The position numbers and the translations under genes were made by a program. This document shows, piece by piece, positions 10,183 to 11,449 of a stretch of DNA of 11,449 nt. Source of the stretch: Thermoplasmata archaeon (GTDB lineage Archaea > Thermoplasmatota > Thermoplasmata > Lutacidiplasmatales > UBA184); the NCBI GenBank assembly GCA_028864975.1, contig JAGWLG010000055.1:1-11449 (forward strand), given 5' to 3'. The notes beneath the pieces are model-generated. The model was not told the origin of the DNA, made no database searches, and saw only the letters and a list, made by a program, of their open reading frames with translations. The stretch's first letter is position 1, and every line of letters begins with the position of its first letter.

Positions 10183-10239
10183 AGGGGGATAATTGCGCTT
10201 CGGGAGCTGATGGGAGGGCTGGGAGAGGCCTCCCGAGGC

Positions 10240-11145
10240 CTACTCGGCGGCCAGGGGTACCTTCGTCTCGTCCGGGCGAGCGATCTTGGGAAGGGCAGGG
10301 AACCGCGGGAGCCCGGGGATCTCGGCCTGGAACACCTCGAGCTCCCCCCCGGACCTCCGGATCCTGAGGTACTCCGCGGACCGCAGGGGCTTCCATTTCT
10401 CGAGGTGCCGGTCCATCGGCTCGCTCGTCACGACGACACTTCCCGGGAGGGCGAAGTAGCTCATCTCGTAGTAGGGTCGAGGCAGGCCGCTCAGGCAACT
10501 GCCGTGCTCCCCCGTGTAGTGGCAGAAGGCCCAGAGCTCCTCGGAGTTCCGGGAAAGGAGAATGTTGAGCCCTCCGTGCGGTCCGTTCCCGGGCCGCCCT
10601 TCCTCCTCCCACACCTCATGCAGGTCGCGCATCGCGTCCGCGTAGGCACGGACCGGGTCCTCGGAGCGGTCGAGCCGGGTCAGGAAGAGCTGCTGGAACA
10701 CCTCGGAGTCGTTCACGCCCCTTAGCAAGGAGGCGCGGTTCCCCAGGCGGCGCTGGGTCTCCCGCGGCAGCGCGATCCAACCGTTGTGGGCGAAGACGCT
10801 CCCCTCCGACACGAAGGGCTGGCTGTTCTCCATGGCCACCAACTTCTCTCGGGGGAGGGCCATGGGATTGCTCGCCTTTCGAAGGTGGGCGATGACGAGA
10901 GGACACGTCAGCCCCGAAGCGACCTCCGTGAACCTCTCCCGCTCCGCGGGCCGATAGACCGCTTCTGCGCCCTTTCGGACGCGCGGAAGGCGGCCTTCAG
11001 GGGGGTACCAGGCGATGCCCCAGCCTTCTGCCTGCAGCTGGGCGGGGTCGATGTTCGCCTGACGAACAAAGGGGATCTCGGCGTCCAGGAGCCAGGGGGC
11101 GACGCGCACAGGTTCGAGAGAGATCATCCCGAACAGCCTGCACAT
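10240..11145 (-). CDS. Stand-alone class II (Ntn) glutamine amidotransferase-like hydrolase, YafJ/EgtC/Dug3-like
   Basis: 301 aa with N-terminal MCRLFG (Cys nucleophile after Met removal), EGWGIAWY, AHLRKAS (HxR), ENSQPF, FAHNGWI (Asn-Gly oxyanion hole) and NDSE. All class II GATase motifs are in order and there is no fused synthase domain. Confidence 0.92.
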   Translation of the reverse strand: MCRLFGMISLEPVRVAPWLLDAEIPFVRQANIDPAQLQAEGWGIAWYPPEGRLPRVRKGAEAVYRPAERERFTEVASGLTCPLVIAHLRKASNPMALPREKLVAMENSQPFVSEGSVFAHNGWIALPRETQRRLGNRASLLRGVNDSEVFQQLFLTRLDRSEDPVRAYADAMRDLHEVWEEEGRPGNGPHGGLNILLSRNSEELWAFCHYTGEHGSCLSGLPRPYYEMSYFALPGSVVVTSEPMDRHLEKWKPLRSAEYLRIRRSGGELEVFQAEIPGLPRFPALPKIARPDETKVPLAAE

Positions 11146-11196
11146 CGACCTGGCCAGGCACGGGCGATACGAAAACGTTGCGGGACGAAGGACGGC

Positions 11197-11449
11197 TCAT
11201 CCCGAGCCTTCGGTCCACTGAACCCCGCAGACGGGGCAAGTCCCGGAGCTGTCGAGCCCGCTGCCGCAGATGAAGCAGTTCAGCGGCCGGACCCCTGGCG
11301 CGGTAGGCACAGAAGGCTTCGTCGGAGCCTCGGCCGTGCCTCTCATGGCAGGAGAACGGTCCCTGGGGGTAGGCGCCGAGAGGGAAGCGGGCGGAGGGGG
11401 CGGGGGTGGAGGGGGTGGGGGTGGGGGCGGAGGCGGGGGAGGCGGAAGC
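11197..11449 (-). CDS. 3' end of a protein with a poly-proline tract and C-terminal Zn ribbon (5' part outside the window)
   Basis: Not in the ORF track. The frame reads L-P19-ASLSAPTPRDRSPAMRGTAEAPTKPSVPTAPGVRPLNCFICGSGLDSSGTCPVCGVQWTEGSG and ends at TGA 11197-11199. The CxxC-x9-CxxC motif spans 11227-11277. Confidence 0.85.
   Translation of the reverse strand, partial: LPPPPPPPPPPPPPPPPPPPASLSAPTPRDRSPAMRGTAEAPTKPSVPTAPGVRPLNCFICGSGLDSSGTCPVCGVQWTEGSG
11389..11445 (-). repeat. Poly-proline codon tract (19 consecutive CCN codons)
   Basis: CCG CCT CCC CCG CCT CCG CCC CCA CCC CCA CCC CCT CCA CCC CCG CCC CCT CCG CCC uses all four Pro codons. Confidence 0.9.

Noticed and set aside
6595-10725. 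Long overlapping ORFs 6595..7656, 7235..9505 and 9037..10725
   Set aside because: Shadow frames of the surface glycoprotein and amidotransferase genes, with low-complexity Arg/Gly-rich products.
10240-11145. Gene symbol egtC, purF or glmS
   Set aside because: No PRTase or SIS domain is fused and there are no egt neighbours, so only the family can be assigned.
11389-11445. G-quadruplex-like G-tracts at the right edge (also 27-45 at the left edge)
   Set aside because: Fully explained as the antisense of proline codons.

Overview
High-GC archaeal DNA in which every supported gene lies on the minus strand. The centre is a complete, apparently intron-free 23S rRNA gene (~2221-5156) that forms its own transcription unit. 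It has a TATA box, a structured leader, a long processing stem with a canonical bulge-helix-bulge (BHB) motif and a terminator, but no 16S, tRNA-Ala or 5S gene beside it. That unlinked layout is typical of Thermoplasmatota; this assignment is inferred, not searched. To its left is a 3'-truncated surface protein absent from the ORF track (signal peptide, 7-blade YVTN-type propeller, two Ig/PKD-like repeats, TM helix, Pro-rich tail). To its right are a ~7-TM protein with PrsW/CPBP-like Glu motifs, a ~1254-aa PQQ/BamB-like propeller surface glycoprotein with five Ig-like repeats, a stand-alone class II glutamine amidotransferase, and the 3' end of a protein with 19 consecutive prolines and a Zn ribbon. 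No mobile element or CRISPR array was seen, and I found no clearly novel multi-gene system. The best leads are the predicted circular 23S intermediate in an rRNA lacking helix 98, several non-canonical bases around the peptidyl transferase centre, and a speculative link between the surface proteins and the intramembrane protease-like gene. rRNA comparisons use E. coli, Haloarcula and yeast sequences recalled from memory, not a computed alignment.
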